DNA of 63,317 bases, the filler included, from Guillardia theta CCMP2712 (Eukaryota; Protista; Cryptophyta): NCBI RefSeq assembly GCF_000315625.1. It is 5 parts of 5 records of this genome, joined end to end, with 100 filler letters (N's around TTAATTAATTAA, not from the genome) between each part and the next. Parts side by side here need not be neighbours in the genome. Positions count along the whole stretch, not along the records: positions 30,667 to 61,729 come from NW_005434567.1; 4 more parts are not named here. One strand, 5' to 3'. Each line of letters opens with the position of its first letter. Positions within the stretch are counted from its first letter, which is position 1. The translations under genes and the position numbers were made by a program. Shown here in pieces: positions 35,451 to 48,919 of the stretch. Below the pieces are notes generated by a model that saw only the letters and a list, made by a program, of their open reading frames with translations, had not been told where the DNA came from and made no database searches.

Positions 35451-38430
35451 ATGATGGCGGACGATCATCATGCATCATCATCTGAATCATCTCTATCAAT
35501 CTCACTGCTGTACCACATACGCCATGCTGATCGCCATGGGTAACAGGATCGCACTTGTTCTGTACATGCCGGTAGACTGAGCAGGAGGCGAAGCGTGGGA
35601 GGAGGACACGCTCTCGCCGCAGCCATGCTGTCGGCATCCATGGTGTACAACGGGTATTCATCACGAAACCTGGCGGAGGAGGACGGTCTGCAACCTCAGA
35701 TCTGCCCGCCGGTGTGCGAGACCTGGTTCGAGATCCTGCCTGGGATGAACTACGAACTTTGGCTATCGGGAAAGAGGGCAGCTCATGGCGACAGGTAAGA
35801 CTGTATGCTAGCTCAGTCCTTGCTGCCATCTCCTCTGCTCTTCCCGCCATCCCTGCTTTCTGACTCCTCTACTCTTTCCCATCATCCTTGCTATTGACTC
35901 CTCCTCTCATTCGCCTTCAATCTATATTACTGTCTCCTCGCCCTTCCTCCATCCTCCATCCTCGCTGCTGTTCTCCTCTCCTTTCCTCTTCCCCCTCCAC
36001 TCCTTCATCTCTTCCGTTAACCTCTGCGGCAGGTTTGAGCTCGCTGCTCGCTTCCAGAGAAGTTTTGTGCGGCGGGATGGCGATCAGGAGATCTACGTCA
36101 AGATCAAGAAGCATACAGTAGAGGTGCCAGCTTCTCTGCCCTCCTACTCTGGCTCTCTCCTTCCTCCTGCATCCCCCTCCTCCCTCTCAACTTCCTTCCT
36201 CTACCATCAAGTCTCCCCTTCCACCCCCACCCCGCCCTCCCCCGCCCTCTCTCTTCCTCTCCCCTTCCCACCACTCTCTCCTCTCTCACGCATCTTGACC
36301 GTGTTTTCCTTCGGCCTGCCTCCCCTTACTATCCTTCAAGGGCTCGATCTACATCTCCGAGTACGATGTCAAGTGTCTGTATAGTCAGATCGGCTTCCAG
36401 GTCGAATGCAAAGGTCAGTGCCAGTCTGCTGTACATTGAAGATCCTCCCTCCTCCTCCCTCCCTCCTCCCTCCTCCCTCCTCCCTCCTCCCTCCTCCCTC
36501 CCTCCTCCTCCCTCTCTCCACCCTCCTCTCTCCTCCCTTCGTTGACCTTTTGTCATCCTCCAAACTGCTCGTTCTTCCTCCTCTCTCATTTCTGCCTCAT
36601 CTTCTCTCTTCTTATCTTTTCTTGCACGCGCTCCCTTCTCCTCCTCTGCTCCTCTTTCTTCCATCTTGGCGTGCGTCCCAACCAGCTTGCAGGTACCCTC
36701 AGGATCATGCCGGACGATGTTCTCCGCTTGTTCCAGTTCAACGATCCCGACAGCATCCAGCTCGACTTCAGCTGCAAGGACTGCGTCTTGCTCTGGAGCT
36801 TTCAGGAAGTCGGGATCAGCATGGAGGTGCCTTGCAGGTGCCGAGCTGGAGCAGGTCTGACAAGGAGCAGGCCATGGCGGATTTCGCGTATCATCGAGAC
36901 GCGCAGGCGCTCATCATCGTGCTGCTGGGGGAGGAGGAGCTCGTGGACAAGCTGAGGCACTCGGCACCATACAGCATCCATATTCCAGTGGTAGGCGGGC
37001 TGGAGGAGAAGCAGGGGGGCAGAGAAGAGGAGGTGGCGGTGGAAGGGGAAGGATGAGGAAGAGGGAGGAGGAGGAGGAGGAGGAGGAGGAGGGAGGAGGG
37101 AGAAGGAGCACGGCAAATCTCAGTGATGATGTTCCCGAGCAGATTTTCATCAAGAAGTCTGACCTGCAGTATTTGTCCTCCTTCGATGGATACGTGACGG
37201 TATACAACCTCAAGCTCCCCCTGCCTCTCTTCCTCCTCATGACCATCTCTCCCCATCAGACCCCTTCCTCCCCTCCCTCCTCTGTCGTCTCCCCCTCTAC
37301 TCCCCGTTCCCTCCCCTCGTCTCCGCTAAACTTCATCTCTACTTGTATCCCCTCCCGTGCTCTCTTCCGTGTCGTGTACTTTTTGCTTCTCTACTTCGCT
37401 TCCCTTGTCATCGCCCTGACATCGTTTCAGGTCATCAAGCGCATCCCAGAAAGCGCCATGCTGATGGCAGGTCGATGAAAATCCTCTTCCTCCCTCTCTC
37501 CTCCTCTCCCTCTCTTCCTCCCCCTCTCCTGCTCTCCCTCTCCTCCTCTCCCTTCAGTTTCCCTCTCCTCCTCTGCCTTTCCATCAACATGACCAACAAC
37601 GGCAAACACGACCACCTCTTTGCTCCCTCCTCACCCTGAGTTCGCTTGCCGGGCAGGTCTTGTCTCCGAGATTCAAGGGCAGTCGCTGGACTGGGTCGAC
37701 CCAACGTCGGTCGATCGCAAGCAAGTGATCCGGTCGATGCTCTTCGACGTTCACTTCCAGGACGGAAAGAAGCTGCGTATCACAGCAGGGATGACGATAG
37801 AGGTTTACGGGGAGCTCAAAGGTGAGGGGGAGGATCGAGATCAAGGAGGGAGGAAATGTCGCGCTGACGTCTCTAACTCTGCTGCTCCCGCTCCTCGTCT
37901 GCATCTTCTTAGAACCACTCCCTCCCTCTCCTCATCTCCTCAGCATACCCCCTCCCTCCTCCTCCTCCCTCCTCCTCCCCCTCAGCAAGCTGACGCTGCA
38001 TTCCCATGCAGACATTCGGTCGATGGCAAAGAGGAAAATCGTCAACAACGAGAACATTCAGCATGACATCGGGGCCCTGATCGACGACTATCAGAAGAGG
38101 TCAGTCTCACGGCTGCAACTTGAAACCTCAACGGTCATCGTCGCTGACGCGTCCTCTCACAGCAAGACGGAGATTCAGAAGCAGATCAGAGCTGCCGAGC
38201 TCGAGCGGCAGCAGGGGTTGATCATGCCAAGGCAGAAGGCGGTAGGCAGTGAGAGGAGGAGGAGGAGGAGGAGAGCGAGTGGAGATGATACACCAGGAGG
38301 AGGAGGAGGAGGAGAGCGAGTGGAGATGATACACCAGGAGGAGGAGGAGGAGCTTACGTTTCAACCCAGACGCGCAGAGAGTCTCTTGTAGACATGTTAT
38401 CACCTGGGAGGAGGGACGACGTGTTCATGA
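35451..38430 (+). CDS. Hypothetical multi-exon protein
   Basis: Chain of exons with GT-AG introns: VRDPAWDELRTLAIGKEGSSWR, FELAARFQRSFVRRDGDQEIYVKIKKH, GTLRIMPDDVLRLFQFNDPDSIQLDF, GLVSEIQGQSLDWVDPTSVDRKQ and SKTEIQKQIRAAELERQQ. Ends approximate. Confidence 0.55.
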
Positions 38431-41400
38431 TGGCTGTCAAGTCCGAGCTCTTTCTCAAAGAGGAGGAGAGGGAGGAGGAGGAAGAGGAGGACGCGACGTG
38501 GACGAAGGGCAGGGACGTAAGTTCTGGTAAGAAGCGAGCTGCCTTGCCGGGTCCACCAAATCCTCACACGCCGCAGATGTCAAGATGCTCGTCAAGAGTC
38601 CACGGGGGGGTGGAGCCAGGTCTCCTGCGAGGGTAGCTCCCCAGCTTCAGGGTCCCCAGCACATAGAGGAGGAGCAGGAGGAGGGGAAGGAGTCGTGGGT
38701 TATCGCGCGCCTGCAGAGGTACTCCCTCTGCCTCAAGGGTTTGCTAGTCCTTTCCCTCATCGTCGCCGCCATCGCTATCCCCGTCGCCATCTCCCTCTCC
38801 AAGAAAGGCAGCGACTGGCAAGTCACCCCCGACGCCCCTTCCAAGTCCCCTGCCTCCCTCCTGCCCGACGGCGGGGCCGCGGCTCCTCCCGCCCTGGACC
38901 TGACGACCTACGTGCTCATGCGGATCGGGCTGGTCGGCTTGACCCCTGCTGACGTGGTAGGAAGGGAGAGCAAGACCTGCTGTGCGGTCAAGTGCCTAAT
39001 GGACGACCCCAGCTGGGGGTGTGACATCCCAGTTGGGGGAGGCCTCCCTGCAAAGTGCACCGCAGAGGCGCTGGCGCGCCTCTCCTGCGCCTTCGAGGGG
39101 ATCTTCTTCTCAAGCAGGAGGAGCGTGGAGGAAAAGAACGTCAGCCTGGCCGTCAGGATCTACACCCCCTCCTCCTCTGGGGGGCAGCTTGCTCAGTTGG
39201 TAGACCAGCCCTCTTTCATCTTCAACTTCCCCCGCCAGCTCTCTGACCTCGGCGTCCCTGGCGTCCTCTCCTCCTCCCTCCTCTCCTCCTCCGTCCTCTT
39301 TGCCGGCGGGACGACGGCCCCACCTACAACCCCAGCTCCCCTCGTCTACTGCGAGCCTTTCCGAGCTCCCCAGAACGGCCTTGTCTTGCCCTCCAGCGGC
39401 CTCGCGCCCGTCGGGCAGAAGATAAGGGTGAGATACGGCCCTCCACGTCACCTACGAGCTGAGAAGCCATTTTGACATCCTTGCCAGGTGTACTGCTCAG
39501 CTGGGGCCCGGATGGAGCTCGCCAAGGGTGCGACAGTAGACCCGCAGTGCCTGGAGGACAGAAACTTTACTGCTGGCCCCACCTGCACTTCCTGCCCAGC
39601 TGGGAAATTCATTTCCCAGCCCGCCCACACTTTGACATCGTGTCAAACCTGCCCAGCAGGGACCTTCTCAGCTGGGACCTCCCCCAGCACCTGCACTTCC
39701 TGTCCCTTGGGGTCCTATCAGTCGGCTGCTGGGGCGAGCTCGTGCCTCTCCTGTCCCACTGGTAAGGAAACAATGAGAACAATTCTTCTCCCTCCTCTTT
39801 TCTCCCCTCCTTTCCCCCCCNNNNNNNNNNNNNNNNNNNNNNNNNNNNNNNNNNNNNNNNNNNNNNNNNNNNNNNNNNNNNNNNNNNNNNNNNNNNNNNN
39901 NNNNNNNNNNNNNNNNNNNNNNNNNNNNNNNNNNNNNNNNNNNNNNNNNNNNNNNNNNNNNNNNNNNNNNNNNNNNNNNNNNNNNNNNNNNNNNNNNNNN
40001 NNNNNNNNNNNNNNNNNNNNNNNNNNNNNNNNNNNNNNNNNNNNNNNNNNNNNNNNNNNNNNNNNNNNNNNNNNNNNNNNNNNNNNNNNNNNNNNNNNNN
40101 NNNNNNNNNNNNNNNNNNNNNNNNNNNNNNNNNNNNNNNNNNNNNNNNNNNNNNNNNNNNNNNNNNNNNNNNNNNNNNNNNNNNNNNNNNNNNNNNNNNN
40201 NNNNNNNNNNNNNNNNNNNNNNNNNNNNNNNNNNNNNNNNNNNNNNNNNNNNNNNNNNNNNNNNNNNNNNNNNNNNNNNNNNNNNNNNNNNNNNNNNNNN
40301 NNNNNNNNNNNNNNNNNNNNNNNNNNNNNNNNNNNNNNNNNNNNNNNNNNNNNNNNNNNNNNNNNNNNNNNNNNNNNNNNNNNNNNNNNNNNNNNNNNNN
40401 NNNNNNNNNNNNNNNNNNNNNNNNNNNNNNNNACGTCCCTCCCCTCCCCTCCCCTCCCCTCCCCTCCCCTCCCCTCCCCTCCCCTCCCCTCCCCTCCCCT
40501 CCCCTCCCCTCCCCTTCCCCTTCCCTCCTCCTCCCTCCCCGCAGCTGACCTTCCCTTCCTACAGGGCGCCAACTCTTCATCAGACTGTCTCTGCATCCAA
40601 GGCTACCAGCAGCTGTCCAGCGGCTGCACCGCCTGCCCCATCGCGCACTTCAAGGCATCGGTCGGCTCCTCTCCTTGCGAACGATGCCCGGCCGGCTCCG
40701 TCAGCGTCTCTACAGCAAGCACTTCCTGCACTCTCTGCCCCTCCGGGACTTTCACTGGGTCAGGGGCAAACCTCAAAGACAACGTCAACTGTTTCCCCTG
40801 CGCCGAGGGGACCTTCGCTGCTAACGCTGTACGTCCAGCCCTCTAGTCCTCCCCGCTCTTCCCTCCTCTTGAATCTATTCTCTTGTCCTATCCCTCCCCT
40901 CCTCTTGTGCCAGTTCTTCCGTTCCTTCCGCGCTTACTTCATTTGGCATCCTCGCTGATATCCCTTCCACCTTCAGCTTAACTCCCGACCCCCCACCCTC
41001 TCCTCTCCTCTCCTCTCCTCTCCTCTCCTCTCCTCTCCTCTCCTCTCCTCTCCTCTCCTTACTCCACCACAGGGCACCTCGGTCTGTACCGCTTGCTCCG
41101 CAGGCTCCTTTTCCCCCTCCACGGGAGCCTCGAGCTGCATAGCATGCGACCCAGGCACATACTCCGCTCAAGGCTCCGTCAACTGCCTCTACTGCAGCCC
41201 TGGAACCTTTTCGGCCGGCAACGCCGCCTCCTGCTCCTCGTGCGATGCTGGCAAGTACTCGGGAACACGAGCCCCTGCCTGCTCAGCTTGTCCCCCCGGC
41301 ACCTACCAGTCGAGCACAGGAGCGAGTCGCTGCGAGTACTGCGGGGAGGGAACGTCGGCAGGGGTGCAGGGCAAGACAGCGTGCGACGCCTGCCAGGCCG

Positions 41401-42465
41401 GGAAGTACTCGGAGCTGCTGGACGGGCTCAGGACTGCGTGCAAGAACTGCGTGCCGGGGACGTTCAGTGTGCAGGCGAAGGATGTTTGCGTAGTGTGCCC
41501 GTTCGCCTCCTACCAGAGCACCGCTGGGTCTACCTTTTGCCGCAGCTGCCAGGCCAACTCAAACACCTCCTCTCGGGGAGCTAGCAGCTTCGACCGGTGC
41601 GTCTGCCTGGCAGGGACGCAGGCGGCGGACGGGTCCTGCTTCCTCGGGCTGTGGAAGGCAGGGGTGTTCTCAGTAGATGAAAGCTCTATCTCCTCCCCTT
41701 GGGTCAAAGTCTATTCGCAGCCCTACAAGACTGTGACGCTGTCGACTGACTTGACTTCCGCATGCACCAACATCGGCAAGTATCTCATGCTGGTCGGGTT
41801 CAAGGGTGCGACGTCGAGCACGGTTGTGGGAGCAGCGGGAACGATCAGGGACTTTGCAGTGACGGGGGAGAAGCTGACGACGAAGATGCTGATGAGGACG
41901 ACGGACTCGACACGATCCTTCACAATGACGTGAGATGGTACTTCACCTTCAGCAGCTTCGGGTTCACCAGCACCACGTACCCCAACGTCTCCCTCCAGAT
42001 TCAGGTTGATCCTCCTCCTCCTCCTCCACCTCCTCCTCCTCCGCCCCCCTCCTCCTCCTCCTCCACCACCACCACCACCACCACCTCCTCCTCCTCCTCC
42101 CTTTTCGTGTTCTCCCTCCCTTTCGCGTCCTCCTCTCCACTTCCTCTCACGGGCATAGCTCTCTTTCTGTCCTGATCGACTACTTCAGGACATCGACAAC
42201 GACGGCTGTCAGTACAGGATGGGGTAGGAACTTTCCCCTCCTCTCCTCCCCCTCCTTTCCGCTCCCCTCCCCTCCCCTTCCATTCGTCTGACTTCTTTCA
42301 GCTGGGATCTCTCCGGTTCAGGAGGCTACCGCGCAGGCTGCACCTGCAGCAGGTCACCTTCCCTCCTCTCCGGCTTGAACCTTACCCCAGCTCTTTCCCA
42401 GCTGCACAAACAAGGCGGATCTGTCAACTTCAAGCGACTTCATCAAGTTGATCTACTGCGCGTGA
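38427..42465 (+). CDS. Membrane-anchored surface protein with a sushi/CCP domain and many CxxCxxG (GCC2/GCC3, ephrin-receptor-like) repeats
   Basis: TM LLVLSLIVAAIAIPVAISL. Sushi-like CEPFRAPQNGLV...IR|VYCSAG...QCLEDRNFTAGPTC. Repeats include CTSCPAGKF, CQTCPAGTFS, CERCPAGS and CDACQAGKYS. Terminal LIYCA* at 42465. Internal gap 39821-40432. Confidence 0.8.
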
Positions 42466-42628
42466 CAGGAGAGTGAGGCAAGTTTGCGGGCCCTGGCCCA
42501 GCTACCGCAGCTGGGGCCAGCCCGAGTTGGGCCCGAACTCGAGGAGGAGGGCAAGGGCAGGAAAATCTTTTTTGTTATTACTAGGAATGGTACAGAGGCT
42601 GTCAAATTACAAAAAAATAGACGTGCGA

Positions 42629-44708
42629 TCAAAGTTTTGGGCCGACGTAGCCCATGGAGGGGACAGCGAAGTTGCCCGACTGCCTCATCAGCTGTAGGAT
42701 CTGCTGATCATGCATGAGGAGGAGGAGGAGGAGGAGGAGGAGGAGAAGCAGCAGCAGCAGCAGGGAGGAGGAGAAGAATAAGCATACGAGCATGAGGGAT
42801 GACGCAAGGGCTTATGTGGTAGAGCAGAGGGTAGAAGGAGAGGAGGGAAAGGGGTCGAGAGAGTTGAAGGAAATAGAGGAGGGCGACCTGCGCTGCTGCT
42901 CCAGAGGCCTTGGAAAACTTGCCCTGCAGCAAGAATGAGGGCCTGCTGGGGGAGAAGCGAGTATATAGCAGGAGGTTGGAGCAGCAATATGGAGAAGGAG
43001 GAGGAGGAGGAGGAGGAGGAGGAGGAGGAAACGGAGAAGGAGACGGAGAAGGAGGAGGAGGAGGCTGAAGCTCTTGCCTTGAGCTTCTGGGGTGAAGACT
43101 TTGGGGGGGTGTAGGTGGGGTCACTTCCAATGAGCTGAGAACACTGATAAGCTTCTTCCTCCTGGGCCTCTTCCCCTTTCCTCTTCCTTCAGCTTCCCTC
43201 CACCCTCCCCTCCAGCTCCTCTCCTTCCATTTAGCCTTCCAAACATCCTCCCATCCACCACAACCACGCACTCTCCTCCCCTTCCCAGCACACCTTAGCA
43301 GCAAGAGCCTTGTCCTTGGCAAGCAGCGATTTCCCCTCCTCCTTCACCTGCGCGCTGGGTCAGGAGCCTCCCATTCGGTCTCAGGGCCCCGCACCCGGCG
43401 GTTGAAGCTGACGGTGTTGAACTTGCTTGCCTTGAGCCCCTTGGACCCGCTGGGCTGGTGGAGCTTCTTCGACAGGGCTCTATGGAGAGCAGCCTGAGGG
43501 CCGTTAGAACAGGGTCGAGCGCTGCTTTCCCTGCTCACCTTCTCCTTGATGACTCCGCCGTTCGCCGACGAGCCCTTGCTGCACATGCGAGTAAGAGGAT
43601 GGATCCCCAACGGGAGGAGCGCGGGAGGAACAGCAGGAGCAGGAGCAGGAGCAGGAGGAGATTGGAACCGGATGTTGTTTTGTTTGATCTTGAGGCTGCA
43701 CAAGAGGGTCAGGCACGAAAGTGTCACAGACAAGCTCGACCGGTTCAAAGACGCCTCCTTCTGCTGTTGGCGAGAGACCTGCCATCAGCGATGATCAGAG
43801 CAGGGGAAGAGCAACCCATAGCTCAAGAGCAGGCAGAAAGAGAGCAAGATCGTCTACAACAAAAGCAGATAGAGGACAATAACGTCTACAACAGAAGCAG
43901 ATAGAGGACAATAACGTCTACAACAGAAGCAGAAAGAGGACAAAAACGTCTACAACAGAAGCCCATCCCTTTCATTCGTCCTTGTGGACTACTCACCGCA
44001 GCAAGAGTCGACTTGTGGCCGGCTCGCTTGGAGCAGTCGGCGTAGTAAGTCTTCACCTTGGTCCCATCAGGCGCTACCGACTCTTCCTCCATTGGCTCGC
44101 ATTCTGCCGGCATCCCATGGCTGATCTCCCACTGCTCCCACTCAGACTCTGTGACGGGATAGTCCGGGAATTCCCAGGGTTCTGAAATCACACAGTGAGC
44201 TGTCCTCCCCTCCCGCCCCTGCCCCTGCCCCTGCTCCCACTTCAGCGTACTGCTGACGTTGACTGTATCTTCATCTTCTACTCCACTACTAGTTCTATAT
44301 CACCACTCCTCGTCAAGGCCCTCGACTCTGTCGTCGTGCGCGACACAACAGCAACAGCACGTGCTCTTATCTCCTCCCCACCTCCTCTCCATCGTCATCA
44401 CCAGAGCTTGTGATGTTAGTCGAGTTCTCTGCGAGCACAACCCTGTCGTACCTGTTCAAGTGGTCAGGCTCAAGACTTGTTCGTCTCTGCCAATAGAAGC
44501 AACTCACCAGCTCCTGTCCATGGTCGCACCCAATGCTATGGTGGCAATAAGCACCAGGATACCACACACAACGGACTGCAGATGATGGTGAACATCAAAT
44601 GCAGAGGAACGAAGACCAAACCTTGAAGACGACATCGATCCGTCTGGAGTTTGATCTGCAAGAATACAGCACGTGAGCTAAGGCATAGAACGGAGACTAC
44701 GGGCGCAT
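42629..44708 (-). CDS. Hypothetical single-pass membrane protein
   Basis: MRP|SNSRRIDVVFK|SVVCGILVLIATIALGATMDR. Exon EPWEFPDYPVTESEWEQWEISHGMPAECEP. Last exon ILQLMRQSGNFAVPSMGYVGPKL*. Confidence 0.5.
43864..43961. repeat. 32-bp tandem repeat x3, intronic
   Basis: agcagatagaggacaataacgtctacaacaga repeated three times with 2 substitutions. Confidence 0.9.
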
Positions 44709-44914
44709 CGTATCTCCCTATTGACATGGGGAGAAGGTGCTAGGGCTGCACGAAATGAAACATTGAGCATCGGCATTGCACACGGGCGGCACAGGAAGCA
44801 GCAGAGCAATGATTCGCGTGGCTCAAAGTTCCAGTCTCCCTCCTCCCTCCTCCCTCCTCCCTCCGCTCACCTTGTCAAAGCGCCATAGCCGTCCGCCATC
44901 GCCCGAAATATCGA

Positions 44915-45245
44915 TGACCCCACGGATGCTTATTCCGCGACGTACCCCACAATCTGGTACCCCACATTTTCTTTTCAAAAATGAGTGAAATGTCTGGGTA
45001 GGGGTGGTGTACCCCCACCCTCGGCAATGGAGCTGAAGGAACATTTCGTACCAACAATGGATCTGGAATATCTTTAAGGTAATTGTATTGATTTGCTGTT
45101 TGAAAATACTTTAGCTAATCAAAATATGACTCCTCCAAACAGGTGGAATCACCCCCACCCCTATGTCCAGAGGTAAAAAGTACCCCCTTTTGTGAAATTC
45201 TAGATTACCCCACCCCCCCTCCACACATTCTCGGGACCCTTGCCA
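44915..45245. promoter_or_regulatory. Short bidirectional upstream element (ACCCC/GTACCCC-rich)
   Basis: gtacccc occurs repeatedly between divergent starts 44708 (-) and 45279 (+). Confidence 0.45.
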
Positions 45246-45278
45246 TACACAGCACCGGAAATAGCTCAAGGCGGCATC

Positions 45279-46869
45279 ATGGAGGGCAGGAAGGGGCAGG
45301 TCGCGGTGGAGAGCATGGGCCTGGCATGGGGAGAGCGCGGCTCCTCCTTCACCATGAAGCGAAGCAGGTGATGAAGATTCATTTTACTGATGACAGTACT
45401 AGCGAGTTGTCTTGTGGGAGGAGTTCTTATCGAGGAAGATGCAACAATGTACACCTGTGCTGGTTTCAGTAGTGGCGTTTGGGTGGGGGCTTGTAACAAT
45501 GTGATTCTTTGCGGTTTCATGCGAGCAGAAATTTGTGACGATACTTGTTCAAATTCAGTTTGTTGTGATGTCGTGATAGAGAGTCGGTCCTGGAAGTGTG
45601 AAATACCCATGTGTGGGTGAAGGCCCCATGAAGCAACAGCTGATTTTGATTGTAACCTTGTTTCACAAAGATTGAAACATAATCAAACTTCACATATGCT
45701 TTTGTGTTTGATATTATGTGTTGAATGATAGAGAGAGAGAGTCGTAAGCTAAGTGTGCGGTCTGTTTGCTGCTGGGTTCTAGCAAGCAAACGCCTTTGCA
45801 CATCACCTGTGAGAAGCTATAGACTTCTCTAAGGCTTTTTGTATGCATGTTATCATCTGATACACACAATGAAGTTGCATCTTGCCTCCATGACATCTTT
45901 GTTCCGTTGTGCCGTGGTTTGCTGTCGTCTTTGTGCTGAACCTCCCCCGCAGCTCCAATTGGAATGCCAAGGTCGTCGGTGTGCTGGGTGTTGCAGCAGT
46001 GGCTCTTCTGTTGCTCACCGGAGTATCGAAGCAGCATGAAGCAAAGGAACCTGGAAGGGTACGCACTGCCGTCAGAGTTGTGCGCTCCTTGCTCACTTGC
46101 TCTTGATCTGCAGTCCGGGCTGTCTGTTTCCCAGATCTTGTACGAGGCCGACAATGCTGGAATGAACGGGGGAACTTCTGGCATCGCTTCCAGCGTAAGT
46201 GCTCGATGTCGATTTTTGAAGCATGATCCCGATCATGTCTTCTGGTGATAACACGATGCTGCAGAAGGGAGATGCCTCGGACTTCATGAACTCAGCGGAT
46301 CTCGGGGACTACGTTGATGCTATCATCGGACCTTCGCCATCGGGGGTGAGCTGGTGGGCATGGTGGGCGTGTTTGAGCTCAAGTACTTTTTCTACAGCTG
46401 ACCGATGGAGGATTCAAGAAGAGAGGTAGTATCGCTGTGTCCAAGATCGATGCTTCTGGATTCTACTACCTCAACATCCAAGGAGAAGCTGGTCATGCCC
46501 TGAAGACCATACTCCAGGTTTGTGCTCTTGATTACCGTCGTCTCCTCCAAACCCCTCTGCAATGTCTTCTGCTTGATAGCTTCCTCCCATTCGTTGCCTC
46601 TTACCCTGTGCTATCTCCCCATCATTCTTCTGCTGAAGCTTGTCCTGCAACCTCCTCGCCCTCCTCCTCTCTCTCCGTCCTACAACCATCTACTGGCCTG
46701 CTCCTCACGGTCGTGACAGGGTTCGGATGGTTATCATCGGCACTGGAAGGGATATGGGCAGATCTATACTGGTCCCATCCATGAGGGCAACTACGGCGGC
46801 AAGGACTATCTGCAGATTCAGGACCTCGTGACGGGAGAGGTGGAATACTTCCGTTTCCGCTTCACCTGA
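45279..46869 (+). CDS. Hypothetical type II membrane protein
   Basis: TM VVGVLGVAAVALLLLTGV. Exons SGLSVSQILYEADNAG, KGDASDFMNSADLGDYVDAIIGP and SKIDASGFYYLNIQGEAGH. Last exon GSDGYHRHWKGYGQIY...EYFRFRFT*. Confidence 0.55.
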
Positions 46870-46987
46870 AGGAGGAGGACGCGCCGCTGGAGCGTCAGGA
46901 CCTGGTCATGTGGCAGAATCCATTATGATGATGATGATAGAGATCTTGAGATGTTATTGTGTACAAATACAGGGTGGTTGACCGAAC

Positions 46988-48760
46988 CTAGCTCCCTCGG
47001 GATGACTTGACTACTCTAGGGATGGCCCGGTAGATCAGTCTCAGCCTGCCGATGTTGCTCCATAGCTCCTGCGACATGCGGTCAACACCAACAACCTTCC
47101 CGTCCTCTGCCTCCGGGAAAGTACCGGGAAGAGATCGCACAGCATGACGATCGCCTCCGAACCCATCTCAGCCACCTGTTCGCGCTCTCAGCTGCAGCTG
47201 AAGCAACATCTCTCTCACCTTGCTCTCCTCCACCGCGTACGCCTCCATCGCGCGCAGTCCTCTGCAGACAAAGGTCACCTTGTCTCATAGAGCGAACATG
47301 AGGACAGGGGGTAAGAGAGTACGTGGCGGGGAGATTGGAGATCAGGGGGGCAAAGAAAAACATCGCAGGGCAGTGCAGGGGAGGAAAGAGAGAGGAGAGG
47401 AGGAGAGAAGAGGGAGAGGAGGGGAGGGGGGAAGCAAAGGAGAGGAGAAGGAGAGGGTGAGGAGATGAAAACGGGAGGAGAGGAGGTGGGAAAAGAGTGG
47501 AGAGGAAAGGGAGCAAGAACTTCTGCGTCCGTAAAAGAAGGCAAGGGAACGAGAACAACTTCGACCTGTCAGGAGCACAAAAACCAGCGACGCCGAAGGC
47601 ATGCGGGGGAGTCAAGCAGCGAGTCTGGCAGCCCTTGGAACCCCCCACGAGGACGCGCACTGATCCCGATGAGACGATATAGAGCTTCGAGATAGAGCCC
47701 TCCGCCTTCATGACCTGCTCACCTGCTCTGAACGTCTTCCAGGTCAACCTTGAGAGGGCTTCAGCTACCACCATGGGGGGCGCGTTCTCCAGCCAAGGCT
47801 GCAAAGAGAGGGCACGGACGAAGTGGTCCTCCAACTTCAACCTGCCTTGTACGTAGCGGACGGGGTCTTGCATGAGTTTCTCAGCGACTTCGAAGGACTG
47901 GATCATGGACTTGAGGTTGCTGCCAACGGGAAGAACTTTCACGATGGCGGCTTGCATTCTATCCCTCTCGTGCCGCAGCATGTCCTCATTCCACTTCTTT
48001 ACCCTCTGCGAGCAGCAGGGCGAACCGAGTCAGGTCAAGAGCAAGAAAGATAACCTCTCCTCCTCGCTACCTCGCTTCCTTCCGGCGAGCCCGTGATGGA
48101 CGGGATTTCCCGCTGTTTCAGCGCACAGGGGTGGTAATCCCCGCTGATGACCATCCTCATGGTAGTCGACGCCTTCTTGATCCTCGCTGACCCCACGTTG
48201 CCTAGTTGGACCCTGAGAGAGTTGGCGATGGCGGGGAACTCAGATGCGACCTCGAAGAAGCTGGGAGCAAGGTCAGCAGCATCTTCCCTCCCTCCCTCAG
48301 ATCGCGCTCTCACCTGTCAACGTGGAGCTCCAACAGCTCGCAGTCTCCCGCCGCCAGCACATCGGCTGTTCGCTTCTCGCACAACATCATCCCCACCTCC
48401 CCGAAGAAACAACCTGGCTCCAACGTGTCTACCACTTTCTTCTCAATCTCCACTCGCACTGACCCTGAGTTGACAAAGTACATGCTTTTCCCGTCATCGC
48501 CTGATGGTGAAACAAGGGAAATTGTCAACTCTCTCAATCATTCTCATCACTGAAAGGAACTCGCCTGCTCTGAAGACAACGTCGGAGTCCTTGAAGGAGA
48601 CCGGCTGCAGCCTCTTGGCAACGGCTTGGAGCCCCTCAAGGTTGCATCCTCTGAACAATCTCTTCGGCAGAAGCCATGTCCCCGACCACCCGAAGTCATT
48701 GTCGTCGCAGTTGACGCAGAGCTTCTCCACACTCTCCTTGAGACCTTCCGAGGTCGGCAT
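46988..48760 (-). CDS. Protein with two cyclic-nucleotide-binding (CAP_ED) domains
   Basis: LFRGCNLEGLQAVAKRLQPVSFKDSDVVFRA|GDDGKSMYFVNSGSVRV...GCFFGEVGMMLCEKRTADVLA. Second domain KTFRAGEQVMKAEGSISKLYIVSSGSVRV...HAFGVAGF...RAMEAYAVEES. Stop TAG at 46988-46990. Confidence 0.85.
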
Positions 48761-48919
48761 GCTGTCTGAAGCTCGTCAACAGCAAGATGTGCGTTGGCAG
48801 CAACCCAGTCTCGGAGCAAAGCAGCTGAAAATCAGCGCGGGTTCTAGAACAAAAACGAGGAGCTATCCTCTCTCAGACGTGACTCTCGCCTACCAGTCTG
48901 TGCTCAGACCGTCTCAGCC

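Noticed and set aside
41855-41935. Programmed frameshift in the Cys-repeat gene
   Set aside because: The frame change before ILHNDVRWYF can be explained by a short intron (gtgacg...ctgatgag) or a sequencing error. No slippery site was seen.
45378-45800. Cys-rich 76-aa ORF or possible insertion in the first intron of the 45279 gene
   Set aside because: No termini, TSD or homology evidence; treated as intron sequence.
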